Source of the DNA: Callorhinchus milii
Lineage: Eukaryota
Length of the DNA stretch: 64,000 bases
Direction: 5' to 3'
Assembly: GCF_018977255.1 (NCBI RefSeq)
Contig: NW_024704742.1
Coordinates: 73,038,001 to 73,102,000 of the forward strand
Each line of letters begins with the position of its first letter. Positions within the stretch are counted from its first letter, which is position 1. Below the pieces are notes generated by a model. The model did no database searches. It saw nothing but the letters and a program-made list of their open reading frames with translations, and was not told the origin of the DNA. Made by a program: the position numbers and the translations under genes. This document shows positions 1 to 13,402 of this stretch, in pieces.

Positions 1-736
1 CGTGTTGCAGGATAAGGATCAGGAGCGAGAATCTGGGATAATTTTCTTCTCTCTATTCTGGAGCACTGAGGATAAGTTTAGCACCCTTACTGCCACTCTA
101 ACTGAGATCAACTATCTCCTTACAGTCTTATGTATTAAACCTAGGGTTCCCAGTCCAAGTGTGTTAGTTGCTCACTTGATCAATGTCCATCCTTTCGTGA
201 AAATGTTGTCTGTACATGTAAATCATGTATTTCTTTGGTTTATCTGGGTATTTGGCAATGGATATTGCTGTATGCAAATTAGTTGCCAGTTTCACCTTCA
301 AAATACACAGTCACTACACTTTCTACACATTATAGTATGTCCCGTGAAGCTCTTTGAAACATCCTTCTGACATGAAAGACACAATATCAATTGTAAGGAT
401 TATTATCACTTCTGGTCTTTTATTCAACTTAAGAACTACTGTTAACTACTGCGACGTCCTCCCAATGTGAAAGGCACTATACAAATGTAATTTTGTTGTT
501 GTTGTTCACTATCTTCTGATCAGCAAATTGAATTTGACCAAGTCCAAAACGTTTTTTTGGTCTTAAAGCCTGCGAGGCTAGTAGTGTTTTCAATGGTGGG
601 GAGAATGTAGTTGGTAATCTTCAGCTAAATTTCCAGTATTTACTCAATATTTTAATTATTGACAGTATTGACAATTGGTTTTTTAATATGCATTTTGTTG
701 TATAAAGGTGTAATCATTTCTGTATCTTTCTTCCAG

Positions 737-777
737 CTGATGGACCTTATCTTCAGATCGTAGAACAGCCCAAACAG
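737..777 (+). CDS. NFKB1: p105 exon (window exon 1), (A)DGPYLQIVEQPKQ, start of RHD
   Basis: ttccag acceptor, gtaagc donor, 41 nt. Confidence 0.95.
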
Positions 778-1121
778 GTAAGCAAGTGATCTTAGAAGAA
801 GATACAAAGTGTCACATTTGTTCTGCATTATTACTCTCCTCCTGTACTTCCCTAATGGTGGGTTGTAAATTGCAATGTGTGAATTCATGCAAAATGATGC
901 CAATTAACACATGCATTGTATTTGGTGCGACCTTAACATGATTAACACACTGACTGGCTCCCAGATTTGCTGGAGACAGGATCCCACTGCCACTCCTTCG
1001 GCTCACTTTTTAATAGTTGGCTGAGAAGCTGGCTGCACTGCACATTGGACTTCTGCACTATACTGCTAGTTAATGCGATATTGACTTAACTAAACAAAAA
1101 AGATAAAGCGAATAACCGAAC

Positions 1122-1467
1122 AGCAAGCGAGAGACCTGGGTTTGATTCCCGGGCAAGGTGAAACATTAGGCAAGTTTCCTTATTCCACACCCCTCTGTTC
1201 ACTTAGCAGTAAGTAGAAACCCGGTTGTTAGTTGATTAGCAGGTCGCTTTTCTGGGGGGAAATAATCACTTCAAAATAAATAAATCAATAAAAATATTTG
1301 GTCATTCAATCCACGACTGGTTTTGGGACACTGCTGTGTGCAATTTGTTGCTACGTTTCACCCACAAAATATGCAGTCAATTCACTTTATGGTATATTCT
1401 GTGAAGCGCTTTGAGACGTCCCGAAGACATGATAAGGTGCTTTATCAAATGCAAGGATTATTATTAT
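1122..1467 (+). mobile_element. tRNA-Ala-headed SINE, long subtype, 5'-truncated
   Basis: gcaagcgagagacctgggtttgattccc head remnant, central ctctgttcacttagcagtaagtag block, tail aaatgcaaggattattattat. Confidence 0.85.
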
Positions 1468-2593
1468 CTGCAATCCCTTCACAATTTACAAATTATGTTA
1501 AATATTCCCATGTTTAGCATAAAGTTTACACAACATGCATAACAGCATCCAGTTAAGGTTGAATATTATTAAAAAGGCAGTCAAATATTGGAACATAATT
1601 CAAGCATGCTTAACTACCAAGCTAGATTTTTTACTTCTATTGTGTAGACAATTTGAGTGAATCCCATGTATGTAATGTTTTGATTTGTTGAAAATGGAAT
1701 TATCCTGGATCCGAGAGCATTCAGTTATGAAGAGATGTAGTCAACCAGAAGATTGCAAAAGAGGGTTATTCAGATATTTAAACTCCTTGGTGGCATGAAT
1801 AACATAAATGTAAGCATCATATTTAATTTGGACTGTGAATGTAGAGCTGGAGAATACTTTTGCAAAATGAATGAACTTCCGGCAAGACCAGAGGTTCCGA
1901 GGACTTTTTCCTGTGCCTGAGCCCCCTTTGCAGACCAGTCAATATATGAAATAGATTTCAGGTTGTGAAAAGTAAAGGTAACAATGAACACTTTCTGTTC
2001 AGCAAACTTTTTTTTAAGCAATGGTCAAGATAAAGAATGTAAAGTTGTCTTTTCTGGAGTTTTAGTTAACTTGTCTTTGGGAGGGTTGCAGGGAGTTGTG
2101 CAGTGAAATCTTCCCTTACAGTAAAGGGGCTAAGTAGAGTTCCTGCTAGAGCCTCTGGTCCATGCTCTTTGGAACAAATATATTTAATTAACAGAAATAT
2201 TTTCTCACTCCTTACTTTATTTGGACAGGCTGTTGCTTGGGGCACAGAATGAATTGTAACCAGGGTAACAATTATCAGAACACAAATTTCCTTTAACTTC
2301 CCAATGTCCCAACAACCCTGATTCAGCATGTAAACTACAGGGGTATGGACAATGGGCCTGAAAATGGGACTGAAAGGACTGCTATTAAAAGAGCCAGCAC
2401 AGATATGATGGGCCGAATAGCCTTCTGTGCTGTAAATTTTGTATGATTCAAAGTGATAGTTGACTGTGTTTAACATTTTAAGAGAATGAAACAACAGTTC
2501 TTTTTTTGTAAGCAAGAGAAGTGGTGAGTGAAGCTTCCCCATTGGTAGCCTGTGTGGAACTTTTGTACTGATATAAGATGTTGTATAGCTGTA

Positions 2594-4500
2594 CAACAAC
2601 AACAACTTGGATTTATATAGCGCCCTCCACGCTGGACGGCGTCTCAGAGCGCTTCACAGTAACGGATCCCGGGACCGAGCCAGGGGGAGGGGGAGGAAGG
2701 TGACTAAAGGCAGAGACCTGAAAATAAGAAGAGAGGGGGCGAGGCGAAGGGAGTGAGGAAGGGAGTTCCAGAGCCTCGGGGCATAATGGCTGAAGGCACG
2801 GCCGCCGAGGGTGGAGCAGAGGAATCGGGGGACGAGGAAGAGGCCAGACCCGGAGGAACAAAGGCAACGGGCACTATTGTGAGGAGAGAGGAGGTCAGAG
2901 AGGTAGAGGGATGCCGAGGAGTGGAGGGATTTGGAGACAAGAGTGAGGATCTTGAAGTTAATCCTCTGTGGAATAGGCAGCCAGTGCAGTCTGGCAAGGA
3001 CTGGGTTAATCGGGGAGCGGAGTTTGGTGCGGGTGAGAATGCGGGCAGTAGAGTTTTGTGTAAATCTAGGTTTTATGGATGGTAGTGGATGGGAGGAGGG
3101 CATTAGAATAGTCCAGCCAAGAGGTGACAAAGGCATGGAACAGGGTTTCAGCGGCTTTCGGAGAATGGTATTGGCAGAGACGGGCGATGTGTCGCAGGTG
3201 GAAGATGGCAGTGCTGGTGAGGGACTGGATGTGGGGAAGGAAGGATAATTGTGGGTCTAACCTGACGCCTAGGTTGTGTATGGGTTCGGAGAGTTTTAGT
3301 GGGAGGTCGGGTAGGTGGAGGAGGTGAGAACCGTGCGATTTTAGACGTTGACGAAAGCCAAAGAATATGGCTTCCGTCTTCTCAACGTTCAGCTGAAGGA
3401 AATTTGCACTCATCCAGCCCCTGAGGTCTGACAGGCAGGCTGACAGAATATCAGGGGACTGGGGGTCGCAAAGAGAGGTGGAAAAATAGAGTTGGGTGTC
3501 GTCCGCATACATGTGAAAATGTACCCCATGTCTGCGGATGACATCCCCAAGAGGGAGCATGTAGATCAGAAAGAGGAGGGGGCCAAGGATGGATCCTTGG
3601 GGTACCCACAGGTAACCGGGTGAGAGCGGGAGGAGAAGCTGTTTGTGCAGATTTACTGCTGGCGGTTTGTGAGGTAGGACTCGAACCAGGCGAGTGCGGT
3701 CCCACTGAGGTGGATGACGGAGGAAAGGCAGTGGAGGAGGATGGCGTGATCGACTGTGTCGAACGCGGCAGAGAGTACAAGGAGGCAGAGGGAGCCCTGG
3801 TCACAGATAGAGAGAATGTATTTTGTGACTTTCACCAACACATTCTTTGTACCGTGGGCAGGACGGAAACCGGACTGGAGGGGTTCGAAGAGGGAGTGTG
3901 CGAAGTTGATTGGCAACAGCGCGTTCTAGGTCTTTTGCGAGGAAGGGCAGGTTAGAAATAGGGCGGTAGTGGCTGGGGTTTGAGGGATCTTGGGAAGGTC
4001 TTTTGAGGAGGGGGTTGATGACAGCAGTTTTGAGAGGAGCAGCGACTGATCTGGAGGAGAGGGACTGGTTGATGACATCAGCCAGTAGTGGGCAGAGGAG
4101 GGGGAGCTGGGTGACCAGCAGGTTTGGTGGGTAGGGGGTCGAGGCAGCAGGCGGTGGGTTTCATGGAGGTGATGGTGGTTGAAGGGGAGGAGGGAGAGAT
4201 GGGGAGGAAGGAATGTAGGATGGGGGTGGTGGTTGGAGCAGATGATGGGGAGGGTGAGGGGGATAGAGAGGGCACCATGGTGGTGGATGACAATAGGCAG
4301 GTGGATGAGGCTGCCTGGCGGATGTTGTGTATTTTAGATGAAAACAAGTCCATGACCTCCTCGCACTTGGCATTGGATATGAAGATTGAGGAGGCCTGAG
4401 GGGGGGGGGGCATGGAGGAGGTAGTGGGTGGTGGGGGAAAAAAGGATTTTAGGGTTGTGTTTAGCCTCCAAGATGATGTTGGAGTAGAATGCCGTTTTTG
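2594..4500 (-). mobile_element. L2-clade LINE, 5'-truncated, frameshifted ORF2
   Basis: Minus-strand RT fragments ([44 protein letters not shown]), (CAA)n tail at left end. Confidence 0.95.
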
Positions 4501-4794
4501 GATGTGTCAAAAAACATTCCCTAGATCTCTCAAACCCAGCTGTAACAGCATAAATATGGATGTCTGGCTTAAGAAGTTGATATGTGTCGAAAAAGTGGAG
4601 GCCATTCACCCTACTACTTCTATAGATCATGAAAAAGCTATTCTTGTGAACTGCATTCTGCCTCCTAGGGGAAAAGTCTTCATAAATACTCTGTAATCCC
4701 CTATGATAATCATTCCCTGATTCAACGAGTAAACTATAGGGATCCTATGATAATCAGGTCCCATCACCTCTCAGTCAGGCAGAGAAAGTTAAGG

Positions 4795-5285
4795 GATGAT
4801 ATCATGGAGATGTTTCAGATAACGAATGGGTCTGAGTGAATTAATGATGAAAAATACTTTCCACTGGTAGGGGGATTGAGGACACGAGGGCATGAATTCA
4901 AGATTGTGACCAGGGCCATAAAAGGAGCGATTTAGAAAAACTTACATAGATTTATATCAAATGCACGGCACAGAAACAGGCCATTTCAGACAAGCCAGTC
5001 ACTCCTTACTTGCATCAATATCCTTCTATTCCTTTCTCCCTCATTTATATGTCTTTCCTCAGAGGATTGTCAGGGTATAGAATGATTTGCCAGAGATAGA
5101 TGTTAGAGCATTTAAAAAAATAATTAAACAAGCACATGCAGAGGAAAGGTATTATAGGATATGGAGAAAGAGCAGGGAATTGGGAATAAGGTTGGATGGC
5201 TTCTTGGAGGAGCAAACACCAAAAGTGAAAAAATAGGCCAAATGACCTAGTACTGTGTGATACATTTCTGTGGTTCTATTTCTAT
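4795..5285 (+). mobile_element. CR1 LINE 3' fragment, degenerate, with internal opposite-strand piece
   Basis: gacacgaggggcatgaattcaag, ggatatggagaaagagcaggg and other CR1 3' motifs. Confidence 0.7.
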
Positions 5286-5942
5286 ATTTTGGGTAAGGTG
5301 AAGCACAGCTTTTATTTAACCAGGACAGTGATCCAACACAAATGCTTGGTTATTTGGTTGGTTTTGCTGTCCCACTCTCTGGAACTTCAACCCGAGATCC
5401 TTCACCTCACCCCTTCTCTCACCTCCTTCAAGGTCCGTCTCAAGACCTTCCTCTTTGACCGCACCTTCAGTAATATTCCCCACCACCCCTCCCGAATCCA
5501 ACCCCCAGCTCAGGTGCCAACCCTCGACTGTCCAGCACCTTGGCATGTCCTCAAGACATGAAATAATTTTATAATTCAATTTATTGTTATTTTTAGAAGA
5601 GTTGTTGCCCTTTGAAGGAGTAAATGTGATTTGTTTACTTTGAAGGAGTGCCACATTTTTTTATGCGGACAAACGGTGCAGCCAAGTGCACTATCACATT
5701 CTACAAACAGCAATTAAACAATTTGGTTTAATTTTGATTATCTTAAGGTCATGAAAAGACAGAATCCCAACCAGTTTTAAACAGGTAGATTAGACTGTTG
5801 AAATTGTTGTGACGGTTTAATGGTATTAACTATAATTCCTAACCTGGCACAAATAGATCTGCAAAATTGGAAGTTCTTTGTGCACAGGGATCAAGATTTA
5901 CTAGTGAAGAAAGATATTGTATTTGGTGATTCACAAACAATT

Positions 5943-6220
5943 GGAGTCATTAGCTCAGTGGTTAGAGCACTCGCCTTGCAAGCGAAAGACCTGGGTTCGA
6001 TTCCCAGTAGGGCGAAACCTTGGGCAAGTTTCCTTACTCCACACGCCTGATAATAATCTCTCAAGAAAAAAAATAATAAAATTGGTCACTTCAATCCACG
6101 TCTGTGTTTTGCCCACAAATATACAGTCAATTCACTTTACAATATTTTCTGTGAAGCACTTTGAGGACATCTAGAAGATGCGGAAAGCGCTATATCAAAT
6201 GCTAGAATTATTATTATTAT
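5943..6220 (+). mobile_element. tRNA-Ala-headed SINE, short subtype, internally deleted
   Basis: A box tagctcagtgg, B box ggttcgattcc, (ATT)n tail. Confidence 0.85.
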
Positions 6221-6884
6221 TAAGATATGAGAAAACATTGATCAAGAAAAAGGCCATTTAGGCAATAAAGTTCACAGTTACACAAATTCTCTTGGAAGAA
6301 AATCTCCTGTTCTGAGAAGATGTGAGATTCTGCTCAGTAGTGGAGGAGAATCTTGCTGGAGATTTCTTCCGTTTTTCATGCCTCCTGCAAATCTCAGCAA
6401 TATAAATTATGTATGGTAGATTTCAGCTTGGTTCAGACGGTAGCGCTTTTGACAATGGGTCAGAAACTCATACAACACAATACAAATTTACATTTGTATG
6501 ATGTGTCCCACAGAGCCTTGGGGAATGGAGAGGGGAAAGACAACTGAAATGTACAAATGTATGACACAGTATGAGACCATTTGGCCCATTGTCTTGAGAC
6601 AAACCTTATTAATAATAATAATAATTCTTGCATTTGATATAGCACCTTATCACGTCTTTGAGACGTTGCAAAAAACTTCACAGAATATACTGTAAAGTGA
6701 ATTGGCTGTATGCGTAACCTTAAACAAGGTAAGAAGAGAGTGAGTCACAGGCACTCCAGGAAGGTGTTCCAGAGAGCGGGGATAGAATGCCGAAGGTGCG
6801 CTAGCTAATGATGAGCAGATAGGGAGGGGGACATGAAGCAAGCCAGTGCTTGCTGGACAAAGGGAGAGGCCAGTTTAATAAGAG

Positions 6885-7220
6885 TTACATAGATACACTG
6901 ACATAGAAACAGGAGTAGGATCATGGCTGATCTATACCTCAAGTCCAGTTACCTGCCTTTGCCCCATACACCCTGATACCCTGACCTAACAAATATTTAT
7001 TTACCACCATCTTGCAAATGTGAATGGATCCGACATCCACAGCCTTTTGGGGTAGAGAGTTCTAGATTTCCACTGCCCTTTGGGTAAAAAAATGCTTCCT
7101 GGTTTCACTCCTAAATGGCCTAGCTCTAATTTTAGGATTATACCCCCTTGTTCTGGATTCCCCCACCAGAGGAAATAGTTTCCCTGCAGCTACCCTATCA
7201 AATCCCTTTATTATTTTAAA
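6885..7220 (-). mobile_element. CR1 LINE 3' end fragment
   Basis: Reverse complement of the CR1 end at 42640-42955 (ctggattcccccaccagaggaaatag). Confidence 0.85.
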
Positions 7221-8924
7221 CTTTGAATGTCGTGCTCTCAGTCTCTGTGTAGTTTGGAGGCTGTACTACCACCTGTCACTAGTACTTTGCTTTGGTGACC
7301 CTACTTCCTGTGTGTAATTAACTTCTCTTTCTATTGTGTCAGTGTCTTGTTTCTGTGAGACCGATGAGAGTGCTCATCTACCAGACACTCTGACTAGGAA
7401 ATACAAAATAAACCCATGTCATTCACTTCTTTTTATATTGCGCACGTGTTTTATATTGTTTAAGTGTCTTCAATTATATTGTATTGAAGACACTTGAATA
7501 GCACCGAAAATGACTTCTGACAAACCACATTTCACACTGTAGCATTACCATTGTGGTGCCTGGAAATGACAGCATTTGCTGAATGTCAGCTTACAATGCT
7601 GGTGGATGTCCACAACAGGAAGGAAGTAATATGTGTTACAAAATGTCAGCAATGGGCATTCAAATGCATGCGGAAGCTCACCCAAATGATGATTATCTCT
7701 ACGTCAATACCCTCCTCCAACTGTGCAACATCCTTTATTATATCAAGTTGGGGTTTCAGTTAACCTGTAGCTGCAATAAAGGTTTGATTTAATGCAGTGT
7801 CCCAATTTTGCCTAATAATAATAATCCTTGCATTTGATATAGCACTTTATCACATCTTACTTGCCTTTGATGTGCCTTATGACATCATTGAGTCATATCA
7901 AAGTGCTTCACAGGAGATGTTGCAAAGTGATTCCTGGACTGGGCAAAGCTTTAGGCAAGTCTCCTTATTCCACACACCTCTGGAACTCCATCCCAGAATG
8001 CCTCCAACTTGCCCCCTCTCTTGCCTCCTCAAGGCCCATCTCAAGACCTTCCTCTTTGACCATGCCTTCAGTCATCCTCTCATCACTATACCTCTAGGCC
8101 CTCACCCCTCTTGATTCCAACCCCCAACTCGTGCAACACTTGACTGTCCAGCACCTCTCGACATCATCCCAACGTGAAAGGCGCCATATAAATGCAATTT
8201 CTTATAGTAGTTGTTGTTGTTGTCCTCGATTTATAGTTTAATCCAATGGATGGTACCTCCAACCAACAATGCCCCAGCACTGCACTGGAGTGTCAGCCAA
8301 GATTATATAAGTTGAAAGTTCTGATGTCGGGCTTGAACCTATAATCTTCTTACTCAAAGGCAAGAGTGCTACCAACTGAGCCAGGCTAACATCTTATGCC
8401 TCATGTTCATTTCATGCCGATCATTTTCTGTGTTTTCTGCAAACCTGCCTGCCTCACAGATATAATTGTTATGTGTCGGTGGGATCTATCTCACTAGTTA
8501 CTATAGCTCTCCAGCCATATGAGTGTCAGCAAAACCTTCTCTAGGTGTAAGAACAGTTATGGTCTGTAATTGCACCTGTTGTACAGTCACACCTAATGTA
8601 GTTACAAACCTCGAACAGCATAAAGAATGGAGACTGCCTATATGGGGATCTGTCCTCCTGATGGTAACTATTCCTGCTTGTAATAGGAGTAGTTACACCA
8701 GTAGGAGTTCAGACTCGCAGGGCACTTTCACCAGTAGGAGAACACTTTGACTTCCTCAGGCTCTCCAGCTTCTCTCTCCCTGGTGTTACGACATCCGTTT
8801 TACCAGCATGTCCTGATGTACGCTAGTGTTTCTGTAGTAATGGAAAGATTTTTATTTTCTTTAAAAAAGGAGGCACATGTTCAGATGTTAAGTAATGATG
8901 GCATGAAGGTGACACCAAGTTGAG

Positions 8925-9660
8925 GAGGTGGCGGTGGAATCGGTGACGGCAGCAAACGATTTACAAAGATTGCTTGTAGGTTATGTATATGGGTTAATAA
9001 TTGGTGAATGAAGTTTAATAGAGATACATTCAAGCTATTACCGATGAGAAGTAAGAATAGGAGGCAAATATACTCAAACTGAAAGAGATCTTGGGGTTGT
9101 TAGTTGACTCATTGCTCACTATGTCAAAACAGTGCATGGCAACAATAAACAAGACAAACAGGATGCTGGGCTATATTGCTAAATCAGTTGAATTCAGATC
9201 CCCAGATGTCATACTTGAGCTACATAGTGTTCTGGTCAGGCCTCAGCTGGAGTAGTGGGTATGGTTCTGGTCACCATGACGTAACAGGGCTGCCAGCACA
9301 AGAGGTATTCCAAAGGACAACAACAAGGATGATCCTCAGTGTTTTGTGCAATGAGCAGTGATTAAATGGGATTGAGAAAGTAAACCCAAAACAATACTTT
9401 TGGATGTGCCAAAGCAGAAGAACAAAAAGATGTAGGTCTGGAGTTGCAAACAGCAATTATAGAACAGATAGCTGGAACAATTTTTTTACCCAAAGTGTAA
9501 GTAACACCTGCAAAAGGCTAACAGGAAGGGGTGGTTGAGGCCAGGACCCTAGACTCATTTAAAAAAATAGCTTCATGATGTAATGGGAGGATGGCAAGGT
9601 GGATGAGATCAGATAGCCTGAAGGGCCTTCTTCATCCAAACCAACCCTTGTGATCTTGTG
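8925..9660 (+). mobile_element. Old CR1-like LINE fragment
   Basis: Decayed ORF2 3' motifs (gaaagagatcttggggtt, aggatgctgggctatattgc, ctggtcaggcctcagctggag). Confidence 0.65.
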
Positions 9661-9710
9661 AAATGATGTATCCTGAGCATCTCTGATTCTCTACATAGTG
9701 TAACCTGTAG

Positions 9711-9872
<162 letters not shown>

Positions 9873-11811
9873 TAAACAAAACCAACACATTAAGTCACCT
9901 ATTCTTTGCTTCCACCATGAAGGGCGTTTGAAATTAAATTTTTGTTTTTAAAACAATACAATACAATTTACATTTATATAGTGCATAACATGCATAAGAA
10001 AATCACAAAACGCTTGCCAATTCTGGATGGGCACCAGAGCTGAGGGGATAGGGAAAGGAAGAGGGACCAACCTACAGGAATGAGGAGGGGAAAGATGACC
10101 AAAAACACGGTCAAAAGAGTACGTTTTGAGTTGTACCTTGAAAGAGGGGAGGGAACAAGTTGGAGGGACCTAGGAATGGAGTTCCAGAGAGCCAGCGCCA
10201 AGTGAGCACCAAAAAATAATCCTGTAGTTTATTTTTTTCAATAGTATCTGATTTATATTAGACTAATACATGTTGTTCAATATAATTTTAGGCTTTGCTC
10301 TAAAGTTTTAACCTGCAGATTTGAGCCTCCAAATTTGAAATTTAATTTTTGTTTCAAAAAATATTGACACTTGTACAATGTATTTCACCTCGGGAAAATG
10401 TCCTGACATATCTGGATGGACACAGGAGCACCATGAATAAATATGTTTATTTTACGTTTAATTGGCATACAAAACCCAATACAACTAGCTTTGACGATAT
10501 CAGAATTTTTTAGGTATTTCTGCAGACATTTGCTGGTTCATTGGACGAGTTGGCTGCTGGTGGGTGGAATTTTAAACTGCAGGATTTATATTTAACACAC
10601 ACATGCAAATTGGCACTTGCTCAGATATTTGTGTGGGTTGAGGGGGAGGGGAGAGGCTGGCCTTCTCTGTGTCAGCGAATCACTGCTATACAGGAAAACC
10701 TGGGCTTCCTGAAAGTACTCAAGAGACTTGCTGCTTATTGTTAGCGATTTTTGTAATCCGAGGCGATGTGATAGCAGTGGAAAATGATAAATTGGTGTAA
10801 ATTTATTCTCTTTATCGTCTGCAAATATAATTTGTTTGCTTTCTCTCAAACAGTATAATATTAGTTATGTTATGGCAGGTGAAATGGAGTTAAAATAATG
10901 AAATAATCCTTGTGTTTGGCATAGCTCTTTATCACATTGCCAAAATGTCTCAAAACGCTTTACAGGATTTTACTTTAAAGTGTAGATTGTGTGTTTTGCA
11001 GACGTCAGAAAGTTATTCCAGGGCCGAGCAAACCTGAGAATAAAGATTAGCAGACCGAATTCACTTTGTTCCTAAACAGAACCGATATGTGCTTTTCTTT
11101 TATTGCAACCCTTTCAAATGTCAGACTGAACCGGTAGACTCACTTCTGGGTCAAAAGGTTATGGGTTCAAGCCCTACCGTCTGAATTTGAGCTCACAAGA
11201 TGAAATTTGATACATATAGGAGGGGAAAGGGGTTGGTGAGGATTAAAGAGGGGTGAGGGCTCGTGCAGAGTATAAACACTGCCCAAACTAGTTGGCTGAA
11301 TAGCCTGTTTCCAAACTGTAATGTTCTATGTGATTGTTGGGGGGAGGGCTACATTGTCAGCGCTGTTCTTTGGATGAGACGTTAAACTGTCTGACTGTTC
11401 AGGTGGACATTAACGACCCTTTTGCACTAATTGAAAAGAGAAGGGAGTTCCTTCCAGTGTCCTGGCCAACAATCCCCCAAATACATTTTCATTCACTTCA
11501 TGGTTGGTTTTGGGACATTGCTGTGTGCAAATTGGCTGCCATTATCAACCGCAAATATACAGTCACCATTTTATATCCATTGCTGTAAAGTGCTTTGAGA
11601 CTTTTTGATGTGATAGGATCTACGTCAAATTAAGGATTATTATTAATCCTTAATTTGAACCCTGAAACTGAACCACAGAATTTTACAGCAAAGAGAATAA
11701 CTTTTGGTTCATTGTATTGTAGAATACAATACAAATTTACATTTATACAGCATTTTTCATGTGGGAGGACATCCCAAGGCACTTAACAATACTGGCTTGG
11801 CACCTGAGGAC

Positions 11812-12157
11812 CATAATATTACTCCTTGCATTTGATATAGTCCCTTATCACGTCATCGAGACATCTCAAAGTCCTTCACAGAATGTACTGTAAAGTGAAT
11901 TGAATTTAATTGACTGTATATTTTGTTGGCGAAATACGGCAGTCAATTGTGCACAGCACTGTCTCACAAACAGTCATGGATTGAGTGACCAAATTATTAT
12001 TTTTTAGTTATTTATTTTTTAAGGAATTATTACCCCTGGAAAAGCGATCTGCCAATCGACTAACAACTGGGTTCCTACTTACTGCTAGGTGAACAGAGGA
12101 GTGTGGAATAAGGAAACTTGCCCAACATTTCATCCTGCTGGGAATCGAACCCAGGTG
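11812..12157 (-). mobile_element. tRNA-Ala-headed SINE, long subtype
   Basis: Reverse complement of the 1122-1467 type. Confidence 0.85.
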
Positions 12158-12483
12158 GGAACCAAGTTGAGTGGGGAGGAGTAAGATGACAGAAAGTATA
12201 GCCAAAGAGGAGGGTCTTGAGACAGAACTTGAACAAGGTGAGGGAGATAGCAAGTCAAAGCAGCTCTGGGATGGAGTTCTAGAAAAGATGGGTTGGGGCA
12301 GATGGGTTGAAAGCCTGGCCACCAATGATGGGACAAGTAGGGCAGGGTACATGAAGCAGACCAGTTCCCCCTGAGCAAGGGGAGTAGCCAGGTCATTAGG
12401 GCTTGAGGAGGTTCCAGAGGTAGAGTGTAGTCAGTTGTGTGTGTATTCCAAGCACTTGGACCAACGTCTACATAACTACATAT

Positions 12484-12784
12484 GGAGTCCTGTAGCTCAG
12501 TGGTTAGAGCACTCGCTTTGCAAGCGAGAGACCTGAGTTCAATTCCAGGCAGGGAGAAACCTTGGGCAAGTTTCCTTACTCCACACGCCTAATAATAATC
12601 CTCCAAAACTAAAAACAATAATTAAATTGGTCATTTTCAATCTACGACTGTTTGTGGGACATTGCTGTGCGCAATTGGCTGCCGCGTTCGCCCACAAATA
12701 TACAGTCAATTCACTTTACAGTGTGTTCTGTGAAGCGCTTTGGGACGTCCTCCCGACGTGAAAAGCGCTATATCAAATGCAAGG

Positions 12785-12813
<29 letters not shown>
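12484..12813 (+). mobile_element. tRNA-Ala-headed SINE, short subtype, near intact
   Basis: Anticodon arm CTCGC-TTTGCAA-GCGAG (TGC), A/B boxes, L2-like 3' stem-loop, (ATT)n tail. Confidence 0.92.
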
Positions 12814-12815
<2 letters not shown>

Positions 12816-13295
12816 GTGCAACTAACACTACTGCCGTCTAGATTCATACATGTAGGGACCTCTCTTGTTGATCATGGACCTGACAAACTGTCCAGAGAAT
12901 AATAATTGTTCATGTCAGACAGGTGGTTTGTGTACTCAGTCCACCAGTGGCCAGGAAACACAGTGACCTCTGCTTCCCTTGGTGGCTCTTGTGTTGCTTT
13001 GTAGCTGGATGCTCCTGCTGCTGAGGATATTTAGATTAGTCTTTGCAGGAATGGAGGAGCATTTATCTCACAAGACTTTGACTGAGCTCCTGATTGATGT
13101 GGAAAGCGCAACCAATTTGCACACAGCAATGTCCCACAAACAGCCGGGATGTTAATGACCAATTTTATTTGGGGGATTGTTGGCTAGGACACCAGAAAAA
13201 ATACCCTGGCACAAGCAAGGCCCAGTAAAAATGATGATCTGAGCATACTAAATAGCATTGAGATCTGGCTTTCTTCTGAAGCACATGGGTGGAAA

Positions 13296-13402
13296 CAGGA
13301 AGCTAAAATAGGAAGACAGTGCCTGCTGAAATATGAATATTAGAAAATTGTGACGTCAGGAAAAATAGACATTTGAAATGGGAACTTTCCACGGGTTTTT
13401 CC
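13296..13402. promoter_or_regulatory. Candidate intronic enhancer: ETS, CRE, NFAT-like and two kB-like sites
   Basis: CAGGAAG 13296, TGACGTCA 13351-13358, GGAAAA 13359, GGGAACTTTCC 13380-13390, GGGTTTTTCC 13393-13402. Confidence 0.45.

Noticed and set aside
2066..2605. 179 aa minus-strand ORF and similar short ORFs in the track
   Set aside because: No recognisable domain; they overlap repeat fragments and are chance or antisense frames
12484..12556. tRNA-Ala(TGC) gene (also 5943, 25340, 36473, 39806, 53878, 61783)
   Set aside because: Each cloverleaf-like head continues into the same SINE body and tail, with no T-run terminator; these are SINE heads, not tRNA genes
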